Of a stretch of 64,000 bases of DNA, positions 50,026 through 60,113 are shown one piece after another. Each line of letters begins with the position of its first letter. Within the stretch, counting starts at the first letter, position 1. The DNA is taken from contig WRBC01000002.1 in the NCBI GenBank assembly GCA_009779855.1, forward strand, positions 111,011 through 175,010, given 5' to 3'. The notes below the pieces were generated by a model. It saw only the letters and a list, made by a program, of their open reading frames with translations. It did no database searches and was not told where the DNA came from. This DNA is from Coriobacteriia bacterium. GTDB lineage: Bacteria; Actinomycetota; Coriobacteriia; WRKU01; WQUG01. The position numbers and the translations under genes were made by a program.

Positions 50026-50376
50026 TTACCCTTCCTGGATATGTTCGAGGCTGACGGTGAAAATATCTTCAATATGATGATCAAGTAGCGAGTAGTAAAT
50101 AATCTGTCCTTCGCGACGTGACTTGACGACATTACTTAGTCTAAGTAGCTTTAACTGATGGGAGGTAGCGGACTTAGTCATGCCCAGAAGTGCACTTAGA
50201 TCACAGACGCACATTTCATGACGCTGTAGAGCCCAGATGATTCGGACGCGTGTTTCACTGGCGAGCATTTTGTGTAGGTTTGCCATATCTGCAAACTCTT
50301 CGGCTGTGGGCATATGTTGCTGGGCATCTTTGACAACATCTGCGTTAATAATCTTTTTGCTATTGCTGTGAGCCAT
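50026..50376 (-). CDS. ArsR/SmtB (CadC/ZiaR-like) metalloregulator
   Basis: EMCVCDLS, SHQLKLLR, DHHI...EH alpha-5 site. Confidence 0.9.
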   Translation of the reverse strand: MAHSNSKKIINADVVKDAQQHMPTAEEFADMANLHKMLASETRVRIIWALQRHEMCVCDLSALLGMTKSATSHQLKLLRLSNVVKSRREGQIIYYSLLDHHIEDIFTVSLEHIQEG

Positions 50377-50440
50377 GGCGATAGTGCTCCTTTCTAGGGT
50401 GCTTCCTTTTTGAAGAGGAAGGCTACCTTTTCGTTAGTGA

Positions 50441-50464
50441 ATAGTTGAGCATATGTTCAACTAT
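50441..50464. promoter_or_regulatory. ArsR/SmtB operator
   Basis: ATAGTTGAGCAT-ATGTTCAACTAT near-perfect palindrome upstream of the ArsR gene. Confidence 0.75.
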
Positions 50465-50554
50465 ATGACAGAAGGAAATATCTGTCAAGAAATAATCGGG
50501 AAGCACTCTAGAATGTAATGGTGTATGCTTTTGCAACCATGAAAGGGTATTTCT

Positions 50555-50995
50555 GTGACTACAAAAGCTAAGAAAATCATAGTAGACGTGTGTATGCTAA
50601 CCTTTATTATTTTGTCGTTTATTCGGTGGGATGGTAGCCCTGCTTTCCATATTGTTGTTGGTACGATTTGTACTTTATTTTTCATTTTGCACATTTTCTT
50701 ACATAGAAAATGGCTAGCTGCACAGACGAAAAAGTTTGTTGCTGGAAAGATAAGTGCAAAGGTGTTACGTCTGTATATTGTCGATGTACTACTCCTAGTC
50801 ATTTGGACGATTTCAATCGTGACAGGAGTTTTAGCAACTGCACCCTATGTGATTGAGGTTGAAGGCTTAGCTTGGATGGGTAGAGTTCATGGAATAACTG
50901 CACGGTTAGCACTTGTGCTTGTGGTCGTGCATCTGTTGCAGCATATAAAACAGGTACGTTCGTACTTTGGATGGCCTAGGAAGAATAAGGGCTAG
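50555..50995 (+). CDS. DUF4405-like His-containing membrane protein
   Basis: Four hydrophobic segments with His residues (FHIVVG, LHIFLH, VHGIT, VHLLQH). Confidence 0.6.
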   Translation: MTTKAKKIIVDVCMLTFIILSFIRWDGSPAFHIVVGTICTLFFILHIFLHRKWLAAQTKKFVAGKISAKVLRLYIVDVLLLVIWTISIVTGVLATAPYVIEVEGLAWMGRVHGITARLALVLVVVHLLQHIKQVRSYFGWPRKNKG

Positions 50996-51162
50996 TTCTT
51001 AGTTGATTTGCTCATTAAACCACCTCTTTTGTTACAATCAATAGGTTATGAAATCACTTGATATTGGTTGATGTGCACGAGGTTTTACTGCAGTATCTGC
51101 CAATCAAAAGTATATCCATCAGGCAAGCTATTTAGAGGCGGCCAGCGAGAGAGGAATTATCT

Positions 51163-52524
51163 GTGAGTTTTACCAGTAGCGTAGAGCGTGCGGCGGACAA
51201 GGCAAAAGTGACCGTAGCTGTCGAGGCAAAAAAGGTCGATGAGGCTATCAAAAAAGAATTCAGGACAGTTGCAAAGCAATTTCGTTTCCCTGGCTTTAGG
51301 CCGGGCAAGGCCCCTCGCAGTGTTATCGAGGGCCAGGTCGGACGTGAGTACATTCTGGCTCAGGCACTGGAAGCTGTCGTAAACGAGACCTATCCGCTGG
51401 CGGTAGATAAGGAAGAGCTGCGCACAGTGGGCAAGGTTGACTTTGCTGATCCTGCAGACCTGGTGGAAGGCGAAGATTATAGCTACATGGTGGAGGTTGT
51501 CCTGCGTCCAGAGCTAACCCTGAAGTCAACGGATGTCAGTATCGACATGACTCCCAAAGAGGCGACTGAAGCAGAAATCGATGCTCAGATTGAGGGCACA
51601 CTAGACCGCTTTGCTACCTATCCTACAGGTGAGGATAAAGCTGCAAAAGTGGGCGAAGATAGCTTCCTTACATTTAGCTTCGAATCTACGATTGATGGTG
51701 AAGAGTATGATGGTTCAAAGGTGGAGCGTCACCTATACCAGCTAGGACAGGGCATGATGCCAGAAGACTTTGACAAAGGTCTTATGGGTGCAAAGGCTGG
51801 TGATAATCTAAAGATTGAGTTTACCGTTGAGGACACGGGTCAGAACTCTGAATTTGCGGGCAAGACTATGGCTTTTGATTTAACAGTTGATGAGCTGAAT
51901 GAGAAGGTCATCCCAGAAGTTGATGATGAGTTCGCAAAAAACACAGGCTTTGACACTGTCGAAGATATGCGCAGTGAAATCAAGAGCTATATTGAATCGC
52001 AGAAAGCTCAAAGCTGGGATCGTGAACGTGACAATAAGCTACTAGAAGTACTGGTAGTACAGCTGGAGGGCGAGCCAAATCAAGAGCTAGTCGAGGCTCG
52101 TGCCGATGACATGGTGGAAGAGTTTAGTCGAATGTTGGAGCAGTCGAACATGACGCTTGATGGCTACCTAGAGCAGGCTAACATTGACCCAGAGCAGTAC
52201 CAAGCTGACATGGAAGAACAGGCAGCTATTTCTGTGTCCAATGACCTGGCACTGGAGGCTTTGGCACGTCTAAAGGATCTTATCCCTAGCGACGAAACGC
52301 TGGACGAAGAATTTGAGAAGGCTGCAAAGGCCGACAAAGAGTCTAAGGTAAACGCAAAACAAATGCGTGAAAGTTGGGTAAAGCGCGGAATGCTAACGTC
52401 TCTGCGTGATGACCTGGCACGTGGCAAAGCTATGCAATGGCTGCGCGACAACGCAGTTATCAACATTGATGCAGATGCAAAGCCTGCTGGCGCAGCTAAG
52501 GCAGACAAAGCGGACAAGGCTTAA
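51163..52524 (+). CDS. tig: Trigger factor
   Basis: PGFRPGKAP motif, FKBP-like domain, precedes clpP. Confidence 0.94.
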   Translation: MSFTSSVERAADKAKVTVAVEAKKVDEAIKKEFRTVAKQFRFPGFRPGKAPRSVIEGQVGREYILAQALEAVVNETYPLAVDKEELRTVGKVDFADPADLVEGEDYSYMVEVVLRPELTLKSTDVSIDMTPKEATEAEIDAQIEGTLDRFATYPTGEDKAAKVGEDSFLTFSFESTIDGEEYDGSKVERHLYQLGQGMMPEDFDKGLMGAKAGDNLKIEFTVEDTGQNSEFAGKTMAFDLTVDELNEKVIPEVDDEFAKNTGFDTVEDMRSEIKSYIESQKAQSWDRERDNKLLEVLVVQLEGEPNQELVEARADDMVEEFSRMLEQSNMTLDGYLEQANIDPEQYQADMEEQAAISVSNDLALEALARLKDLIPSDETLDEEFEKAAKADKESKVNAKQMRESWVKRGMLTSLRDDLARGKAMQWLRDNAVINIDADAKPAGAAKADKADKA

Positions 52525-52600
52525 GCGGCTATCAGCATCAAGCACAATAACGGCAAATAAGTAACTAACCTAAGTAACTAACCTGAGAGGATTATGATTT

Positions 52601-53242
52601 ATGAGTGACAATCCTGCAATGGACTTTCAATCAAACCTTGTTCCTTACGTAATTGAACAAACCAGTCGCGGTGAGCGCAGTTTTGACATTTACTCACGTC
52701 TACTTAATGAACGCGTTGTGTTTCTAACGGGCGCTGTGAACGAAGTAAGCGCGAGCCTTGTTATTGCACAGATGCTTCACTTAGAGAGTATTGATCCGAC
52801 TAAGGACATCAATTTCTACATTAACTCTCCTGGTGGATCAGTTGTGGATGGCCTGGCTATCTATGACACTATGCAGTTTATTAAGTCAGACGTGTCGACT
52901 ATTTGTGTTGGGCAGTGTGCTTCTATGGGTGCCGTTCTGCTGGCAGCAGGGGAGCCTGGTAAGCGTTATGCCTTGCCACATTCACGTGTGTTGATTCATC
53001 AGCCACATGGCGGCGCACAGGGACAGGCATCAGACATCGAGATTGCGGCACAAGAAATCTTGCGTATGCGCAAAGAGCTAAACGGAATCCTTTCGCGTCA
53101 CACAGGACAAACCATTAAGCGCATTGAGAAAGATACTGACCGCGATAACATCATGACGGCGAAAGTGGCTGTCGAGTACGGACTAGTTGACGCAGTTATT
53201 GAGAATCAGGCAAGTATCGCGAAGAGAAATAAAGGCAAATAA
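52601..53242 (+). CDS. clpP: ATP-dependent Clp protease proteolytic subunit
   Basis: [25 protein letters not shown]. Confidence 0.96.
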   Translation: MSDNPAMDFQSNLVPYVIEQTSRGERSFDIYSRLLNERVVFLTGAVNEVSASLVIAQMLHLESIDPTKDINFYINSPGGSVVDGLAIYDTMQFIKSDVSTICVGQCASMGAVLLAAGEPGKRYALPHSRVLIHQPHGGAQGQASDIEIAAQEILRMRKELNGILSRHTGQTIKRIEKDTDRDNIMTAKVAVEYGLVDAVIENQASIAKRNKGK

Positions 53243-53244
53243 GC

Positions 53245-54651
53245 GTGAGCAATAAGAATCGTTATGGCAAGGTAGTGGACGGCAGCAAGGGAGCTGATAT
53301 CAACAGCGCCCATGACCAGGACAAGGGTAGTACCGACGAAAAAGAACCCAACTGTTCTTTCTGTGGCCGTCCTGCCTCCTTGGTCAGCAATATGCTTAAA
53401 AGTCCTGAAGGTTCCTATATCTGCGACGAATGTGTAGATATGGCTAATGACGTTATCCTGGGGCTGCAAAAAGCAAGCTTAGATCCCACTATGCCGCAGA
53501 AGTTTGGTGCGGGTGATTATGGCTTTACCTTTGAATCTGATGAGGAATTTGAGGCTCACATCCCCGGTAGTGAATTTTCAACTGAAACCTTGCCGACCCC
53601 ACGCCAATTACATGATGCTTTAGATGACTATGTTGTGGGACAAGATCGAGCAAAAAAGATCCTTTCTGTAGCAGTGCATAATCACTACAAACGCGTCATG
53701 GTCGAGGCCCAAGAAAAAGAGCAGGGACTTGAGCCTGACGAGGTCGAACTAGCCAAAAGCAATATCATGCTACTAGGACCTACGGGTACCGGTAAGACCT
53801 TGCTTGCAGAGACGCTGGCGCGTGTACTAGACGTGCCCTTTGCTATAGCTGACGCGACGGTACTGACAGAGGCAGGTTATGTTGGAGAAGACGTAGAAAA
53901 CATCCTGCTGAAGCTAGTCACTGACGCAGATGACGATATAGAGCGTGCCGAAATAGGCATTATCTACATTGACGAAATCGACAAGGTGGCTCGTAAGGCA
54001 GAGAACCTGTCCATTACTCGTGATGTATCAGGGGAGGGCGTCCAGCAAGCACTGCTAAAAATACTGGAAGGCACGATTGCTAGCGTACCCCCAAAGGGTG
54101 GACGCAAGCATCCTGACCAGCCATTGCTAAAGATCAACACGAAGAATATTCTCTTTATTGTAGGGGGAGCCTTTGTGGGACTAGAGAAAATCATTGCTGA
54201 TCGTATAGGTAGCAGTGGGGTTGGGTTTGCAGCAGAGGCGAAACCGCAAAACAGTGAATCGGTTAGTGATTTATTCGAGCTGGCCCAACCAGAAGATCTA
54301 AGCAAGTTTGGTATTATTCCTGAATTTGTGGGTCGCGTGCCTGTCATGACATCAACGCGTGATCTAGAACTAGATGACTTGATGCATATTCTGACAGAGC
54401 CGAAGAATGCTTTAACTAAGCAGTACAAACGACTCTTCGCCCTAGAAGGAGTAGAGCTGACCTTTGACAAAGCGGCACTTAAGGAAATCGCAAAGCTTTG
54501 CAAGGACCGAGGAACGGGTGCAAGGGGTCTGCGTTCAGTCTGCGAGTCAGTGCTGCTAGATGCAATGTATCACCTGCCAGAGAAGAAAGACGTCAAGAGA
54601 CTAAAGGTAACCGCAGCGGTTGTGCGCGACGAAAAACCGCTTCTGAAGTAA
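53245..54651 (+). CDS. clpX: Clp protease ATP-binding subunit ClpX
   Basis: CSFCG...[30 protein letters not shown]. Confidence 0.96.
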   Translation: MSNKNRYGKVVDGSKGADINSAHDQDKGSTDEKEPNCSFCGRPASLVSNMLKSPEGSYICDECVDMANDVILGLQKASLDPTMPQKFGAGDYGFTFESDEEFEAHIPGSEFSTETLPTPRQLHDALDDYVVGQDRAKKILSVAVHNHYKRVMVEAQEKEQGLEPDEVELAKSNIMLLGPTGTGKTLLAETLARVLDVPFAIADATVLTEAGYVGEDVENILLKLVTDADDDIERAEIGIIYIDEIDKVARKAENLSITRDVSGEGVQQALLKILEGTIASVPPKGGRKHPDQPLLKINTKNILFIVGGAFVGLEKIIADRIGSSGVGFAAEAKPQNSESVSDLFELAQPEDLSKFGIIPEFVGRVPVMTSTRDLELDDLMHILTEPKNALTKQYKRLFALEGVELTFDKAALKEIAKLCKDRGTGARGLRSVCESVLLDAMYHLPEKKDVKRLKVTAAVVRDEKPLLK

Positions 54652-54652
54652 A

Positions 54653-56230
54653 TTAGTGTGTTTCGGTACGGGCTTCTACCCAGCGGGCGATTTGTGAATT
54701 GATGCAGCCTTCTGTAGCCGGAATGACCTTTTGATAGCGCTCACAGGCACCTTCCAGGCTGGATAGACGGTTGGGCACATGGGCTGCTTCAGGAGCCAGC
54801 CTACGAATAGCACGCAGCAACTCAAAACCAGTCATTTCATTGTAAGGTGTAGTCAGCTCTTCGTCATGAGGAATGCCCAGCAGTCCGCGTAATACATTGG
54901 GGCCAAACTTTGCCCAGTGGGCCGTCGACACTATCATCATGGGGTTGGCTTTGTCTTTATTGGTATTGCCTTCGCCGCGGTGCTTTTCTGCAGCATGTAG
55001 GGCGATAGCTGTATGCGGTTCTATCAGATAGTGGTAGCGTTTCCAGCAGTCCTGAATAACGCTGAGGGAAGTTGCATTATCTACGTAGTCTGCAGCAAAG
55101 TCTTGCTGTATCAGTGATAGAGTTCCTGCATCAACTTCAAACACGCCTTCTTCACGCAGTTGTTTCATCCATTTACGTGTACGCTCTGGACCAGCCAAGA
55201 AGTACAATAAGCGTTCTAGATTGCTGGACACTAAGATATCCATGGCAGGGCTTGCTGTCATATAGAAGTCCCTGCCGCGAATGTCGTAGACTCCTGTATT
55301 AATGAAGTCTGCAAGCACGTTGTTTTCATTGCTCGCACAGATGAGGCGGCCAATGGGTGCCCCCATTTGTTTGGCCAGCCAGCCAGCCATAATATTACCA
55401 AAATTTCCTGTAGGTACGGCAATGTCTAGTAGTTGTCCGTCCGCCAACTTTCCTGCGGCGCGCAAGTCAATAATCGCGCTGAAATAGTAAATGATTTGCG
55501 GCATCAAGCGACCCCAGTTAATAGAATTTGCGCTTGATAGCTGCAAGTCAGTGTGGTCTTTTAGCCACTTCTGCAGGTCTTCGTTAAAGAAGGCCTCTTT
55601 AACAGCGCGCTGGCAGTCATCAAAATTGCCCTTTACACCGTAAACACCTACGTTCATACCCAGGCTACTGGTCATCTGTGTGCGCTGGACATCAGATACT
55701 CCACCATCGGGATAGAAAACAATCAGGTTGGTGTGACTGCGATGGGCAAAGCCTGCTAGTGCAGCACTTCCTGTGTCACCACTTGTTGCAACTAAGATAA
55801 GTAGATCACGTGATAGGCTACCGTTTGCCAAGCCACGTTTTAGCGAAAACGAAAAAAAGCGCGGCATGCATTGTAGTGCCATGTCCTTGAAGGCAGAGGT
55901 GGGACCATGCCACAGTTCCAGCATGTGCGTGTCTTCATCTAGGCTTACTACGGGTGCGATACGGTGATCATCGAATTGATTGCCATAGGCCTTCTGCATC
56001 ATACGTAACGTATCCGCTGCCTTGATGTCGATGCCAAAGGCATCATATATGAACGCGCCACGCTGCGCATAGTTTGCGCTGTGCAGAGTGTCCATTTGAT
56101 CCATGCTAAAAGTCGGTAAATTTTCGGGCAGATAGAGTCCGCCCCCGTCAGCGATTCCGCGAAGCAAAACCTCGCTAAATGTAGGACGCGAGCTGTCAAG
56201 CCCGCGTGTATCAATAAATTTAAGAGTCAT
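54653..56230 (-). CDS. thrC: Threonine synthase
   Basis: HGPTSAFKD, ATSGDTG, SANSINWGR, VPTGNFGN. Confidence 0.94.
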   Translation of the reverse strand: MTLKFIDTRGLDSSRPTFSEVLLRGIADGGGLYLPENLPTFSMDQMDTLHSANYAQRGAFIYDAFGIDIKAADTLRMMQKAYGNQFDDHRIAPVVSLDEDTHMLELWHGPTSAFKDMALQCMPRFFSFSLKRGLANGSLSRDLLILVATSGDTGSAALAGFAHRSHTNLIVFYPDGGVSDVQRTQMTSSLGMNVGVYGVKGNFDDCQRAVKEAFFNEDLQKWLKDHTDLQLSSANSINWGRLMPQIIYYFSAIIDLRAAGKLADGQLLDIAVPTGNFGNIMAGWLAKQMGAPIGRLICASNENNVLADFINTGVYDIRGRDFYMTASPAMDILVSSNLERLLYFLAGPERTRKWMKQLREEGVFEVDAGTLSLIQQDFAADYVDNATSLSVIQDCWKRYHYLIEPHTAIALHAAEKHRGEGNTNKDKANPMMIVSTAHWAKFGPNVLRGLLGIPHDEELTTPYNEMTGFELLRAIRRLAPEAAHVPNRLSSLEGACERYQKVIPATEGCINSQIARWVEARTETH

Positions 56231-56488
56231 AATGGGTTATTGTACCGCTATTCTCTGTGTTCAGGCAGAAGAAATGGAAATGTTACCTATGAAATTTGCG
56301 GCGGAAGACAGGACCAATTTCATGTGATGCCTGAAATGTGGAGCAGCAAAGTGACTTAATCGGAATAGCTGAGAGCCGCTTACAGAAGACATAAATAAAA
56401 ATAGGAATCGTTATTATTTTTCTGATACTATATTAGTCAAATATTACTTTCAAACTTTCAGTAGGATATTGGACGGAAGGGAAGAACA

Positions 56489-56959
56489 ATGAATTACCTG
56501 AAGAATTTCAAGACTGTAAAGGCTGCTGCTGGAACCGCTGAAGCTTCTGCTGAGATGACAAGAACTGCGAAAGATGCTGCTGCAGGTCGTGCAAAGGAAA
56601 ACCGCGTAAAGGGTGAAACTTCGATTATTCAAAAACTGGGTGCACTTTTTTTGTTTACAACAGCGGCATGGAGTCTCTATGTCAACATCGATAGTTTTGG
56701 CACCTTTCTTGTGATGTTCAATGAGATGTTTATAACGCACACTAAGGTCTTGTCAGGTGATTACCTAACAGCTTCTTTCATTCTGGGATTTGGTGCAGTT
56801 CCTCTTTTTGTACTGGGAGTACTCTTGCGTCTAGGCGCCCCTGGTGGAAGTGCACTTAAGTGGGGAGTCATTGGGCTACTTACTTCAGTTTTGACGGCCA
56901 TCTTTTGGCTGGTAGTGATTATACTCATGTCAATTGGGGTGGCACTAAGCCCATTCTAA
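56489..56959 (+). CDS. Hypothetical membrane protein
   Basis: Purine-rich RBS; three hydrophobic segments. Confidence 0.55.
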   Translation: MNYLKNFKTVKAAAGTAEASAEMTRTAKDAAAGRAKENRVKGETSIIQKLGALFLFTTAAWSLYVNIDSFGTFLVMFNEMFITHTKVLSGDYLTASFILGFGAVPLFVLGVLLRLGAPGGSALKWGVIGLLTSVLTAIFWLVVIILMSIGVALSPF

Positions 56960-57101
56960 TCCTTTTGTGTTTTTGCTGGGCACTTTCTTTGTCTTTCTCA
57001 CGTATAAATAGGGCATTCCTCCGCATAGTGGGGCGGTGGTATGCTCTGTTTATACAAAATGCTCATAAGATATCTCAATTTAGTGTATTATATAAGGCAC
57101 T

Positions 57102-59999
57102 ATGCCTAAAACATTAAAGAGTAGAGTTGTCCTTGTATTAGCGACACTTCTCCTCGCAGTTGGAGTGATCGCCACTGCTGCATGGGCGTTAGACCCCTCT
57201 CTTGATGGTCTCACTATTGAAACAGGTGGTCCTGCCAGCGAGTTTACTTCAGGATCCCTTGTTACTCCTTCCTTAACTACTTTGTCAGAAGGCGAAGTTC
57301 TTGTAGGTAAATCCGTTGTCTACAATACGGACCCTATACTGGGTACTCCTGACGGGACGGTTACTGTCACTTTATCTGCTTGGGCTAGCACCTTTACTGA
57401 TGCTGACGGAGTAGTTCAAAATCCATTAGTTCCTATGGCTGATGGGGCTTACCTTACTATCACTGATGATATTAATGAGTTTGCCGTTGTGGGCAGTCTG
57501 CCTGCAGGACTAAGCATCAGTGGTGCCACGATAACCTGGGATATTACTGACCAGTCAACTCTTTTGGGTGTAGGTCCACTGGAAGTGCAGTACACCTTAA
57601 CAGTTGCTAATCCCGCTAATCAGCCCTACATGATGAACTACTGGTATTCGACGGGCGCGGCTGAAGTATTGTTTGAGCCCCATCACGAAAATCCCTATTA
57701 TTACACTATGGTCGAAACAGTGTATGACCAGTTTGATATGTCCATGAATTGGAATAATGGCACGGGACTTAACAACGGGGCCATTATTGATAATGAACTA
57801 GGTCTAACGATTGTGTTTCCCTCTAATATTTCTGCTGCAGGATTGAATGCCTATAATGCGGACGGCACCATGAACACGGCTGGACAGTGGAATTGGTGGC
57901 CGCAGAACGCAAATACGCAAAATCAAGCAGCAACCGTTGTGACCCCTGCAGGTACACAGCACTATACCTGGCACTTGCATTGGACGCGCGGTGCTATCGT
58001 AAAGAGCTACATCTTTACGATAAAAGACTTCCTGGGTCCTGGATTAGACGTTCAGTATGAGGCGATCCTAGATGGTGCTGGGGGTAGTGGTTCTATTGCT
58101 GGCGGTAAGACCGTCGTAAGTGATACGTATTTCCAGCGAACCTTTAACAGTGACCAAGATGATCCCTTCTTCTGGACGGGAGACACCATCAGTAAAGAGC
58201 TTGATGCAATAGGCGAGGTCATGCTGGTTGATCAAAGCGTTCCGCCAACATTTCAACTTGCGATAGAGAAGGCCTTTGGTACAGGAAGCACGCATCTTGA
58301 CTGGGACATTGATGATAGCAGCGAGTTTGTTTTCTCTATGCAAGACGACACCACGGGACTATATTTAGCATTCATCGATATGGGCGGTGGGGAGCTAGCC
58401 TTTAATGGCTACACTGCCCGCCAGGTATTGATACCTTTTAGCGTGGACGCGCCTGTTATTCTAACGGATATTCCGACCGAAGATACGGAAGGCAATCAGA
58501 AAACATACGCAATAACCGAGTACCCTAATTGGACTACCATATCTGTCCATCCACCACAGGTTGACGTAGAGTACAGCGTGGATGGTAGCGCGACTGCGAG
58601 TAACCCAGCTACCATCGAGCCGCAGGGTAGTGATGAGAGCACAGTGACCGTAACGAATACGTTCACCAATATGCCTGTGGCAGCAATGCGTCTAATGAAG
58701 CTGTTCGATGGTTTTCCCGCAGATTGGGGCATTACTTCCTCAACTGAATTCCAGGTAAAGATTTGGGATGTGGACAATGAAGTGTACTTGCTTTTTGTAG
58801 AACCCGATGCGGCCTCGCTTGCGCCCGGATCTAGCTGGGACAGTAGCTATTGGTCCCCGGGAACCTTATTTTGTGTAGGCAATGATGGGGGAGCCAGCGG
58901 TGCTTGGGACATTAGCGATTCTTACTGGGAACAGCGTCACCTTGCGGGGACAGCAGATATTTTTGACACTATCTCGATCTATCGTTTGCAACAGGTAGGC
59001 CTCACCAATATTTGGCCAAGCCAGTATGAAATACACGAATTGGACTTTGAGGGGAATCTGCTTGCTACATCCCCTGCCAGTTCATGGTGGCAAGCCTATT
59101 ACAATTTCGTTAGTTTGGACCGTGCAGGCGGCCCTGGTGATCCAGGCACTATTGCCCCTGGTGGTAACTATGTTGTCTTGGTGACAAACGTTTTCCAGCA
59201 CGGTGAGGGAAACCTGTCATTGTTTAAAGAACTAGAGGGATATCCAGAAGACTGGGATGTGAGTGATGAGACATCCTTTACTGTTAGAGTTTGGGATGCG
59301 GCTGTGAGCCCTTCGGTTCGCTTGCTGTTCGATCCTGTCAGGCAAAGTGACGGCACTTTTAGGCATGTGGGATTCATTGATGCTGGCGGACAAAGGATTC
59401 TTGATGACCTCTCATGGACAGGCGATTTAGCAACAGCGATTTATGACCTAACCTTCAGTGTTAATTCACCCCTTGTGGTTTCGAATCTTTATACGGGGAC
59501 TAATCATCAATATTTGGTCGAAGAGTTAGTAGGGGACGGCTACACCACCCGGTTCTTCAATGGGGGGCAAGAAATAATAGCAACCGATCCATCAAGTGGT
59601 GCGATCATTAGTCCTGATGATGCGGCAAACATCAGGGTGGTCAATACCTTTGAGAGGGCACCTGTGGATCCACCTGTTCCGCCATTACCCCCAAGACCTG
59701 AACCAGGTCCTGATGACCCCGATCCTCCGCATCCTGGACCTGGGCCAGATAGACCTCCTGTTAATGGGGGAGACAACAGAGACGATGGCGGATCAGGCAA
59801 CAATGGAAGCTTTGTGGATGGCGGATCAGATGACGAAGCCTCAGATGAGGGGACCGCTGCAAGCAGGGGTCCTGCAACGGGTGATGCCGGCAGCATAGAG
59901 TTCTGGCGCGCCCTTGTGGTGGGTGCCCTTCTTGTAGTGGTCGCCGTTATCGTTGTCTACGTCAAAGATCGCAAAAAGAGTCCTTCTTGTGGATTGTAA
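57102..59999 (+). CDS. Sortase-anchored surface protein with three repeated Ig-like domains and a Pro-rich linker
   Basis: Signal peptide; 3x K-x-F/L-x-G...DW-x-I/V...F repeats; PVDPPVPPLPPRPEPGP linker; GPATG + TM + basic tail. Confidence 0.75.
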   Translation: MPKTLKSRVVLVLATLLLAVGVIATAAWALDPSLDGLTIETGGPASEFTSGSLVTPSLTTLSEGEVLVGKSVVYNTDPILGTPDGTVTVTLSAWASTFTDADGVVQNPLVPMADGAYLTITDDINEFAVVGSLPAGLSISGATITWDITDQSTLLGVGPLEVQYTLTVANPANQPYMMNYWYSTGAAEVLFEPHHENPYYYTMVETVYDQFDMSMNWNNGTGLNNGAIIDNELGLTIVFPSNISAAGLNAYNADGTMNTAGQWNWWPQNANTQNQAATVVTPAGTQHYTWHLHWTRGAIVKSYIFTIKDFLGPGLDVQYEAILDGAGGSGSIAGGKTVVSDTYFQRTFNSDQDDPFFWTGDTISKELDAIGEVMLVDQSVPPTFQLAIEKAFGTGSTHLDWDIDDSSEFVFSMQDDTTGLYLAFIDMGGGELAFNGYTARQVLIPFSVDAPVILTDIPTEDTEGNQKTYAITEYPNWTTISVHPPQVDVEYSVDGSATASNPATIEPQGSDESTVTVTNTFTNMPVAAMRLMKLFDGFPADWGITSSTEFQVKIWDVDNEVYLLFVEPDAASLAPGSSWDSSYWSPGTLFCVGNDGGASGAWDISDSYWEQRHLAGTADIFDTISIYRLQQVGLTNIWPSQYEIHELDFEGNLLATSPASSWWQAYYNFVSLDRAGGPGDPGTIAPGGNYVVLVTNVFQHGEGNLSLFKELEGYPEDWDVSDETSFTVRVWDAAVSPSVRLLFDPVRQSDGTFRHVGFIDAGGQRILDDLSWTGDLATAIYDLTFSVNSPLVVSNLYTGTNHQYLVEELVGDGYTTRFFNGGQEIIATDPSSGAIISPDDAANIRVVNTFERAPVDPPVPPLPPRPEPGPDDPDPPHPGPGPDRPPVNGGDNRDDGGSGNNGSFVDGGSDDEASDEGTAASRGPATGDAGSIEFWRALVVGALLVVVAVIVVYVKDRKKSPSCGL

Positions 60000-60113
60000 A
60001 TGAGAATGCCCAGGGGCGTAAATGAACTTCTGTTAACTGCTATTATTCATATATCAAATCCTGTATACTAACTAAAGTTCATGTGAGAGTGAAATTAGAT
60101 TGTGAGGTATCTA

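Noticed and set aside
60022-60082. Invertible promoter bounded by ATGAACTT/AAGTTCAT upstream of the RCC1 adhesin
   Set aside because: Only an 8-bp repeat around about 45 bp and no recombinase nearby; could be chance or an operator. Read-orientation data would be needed
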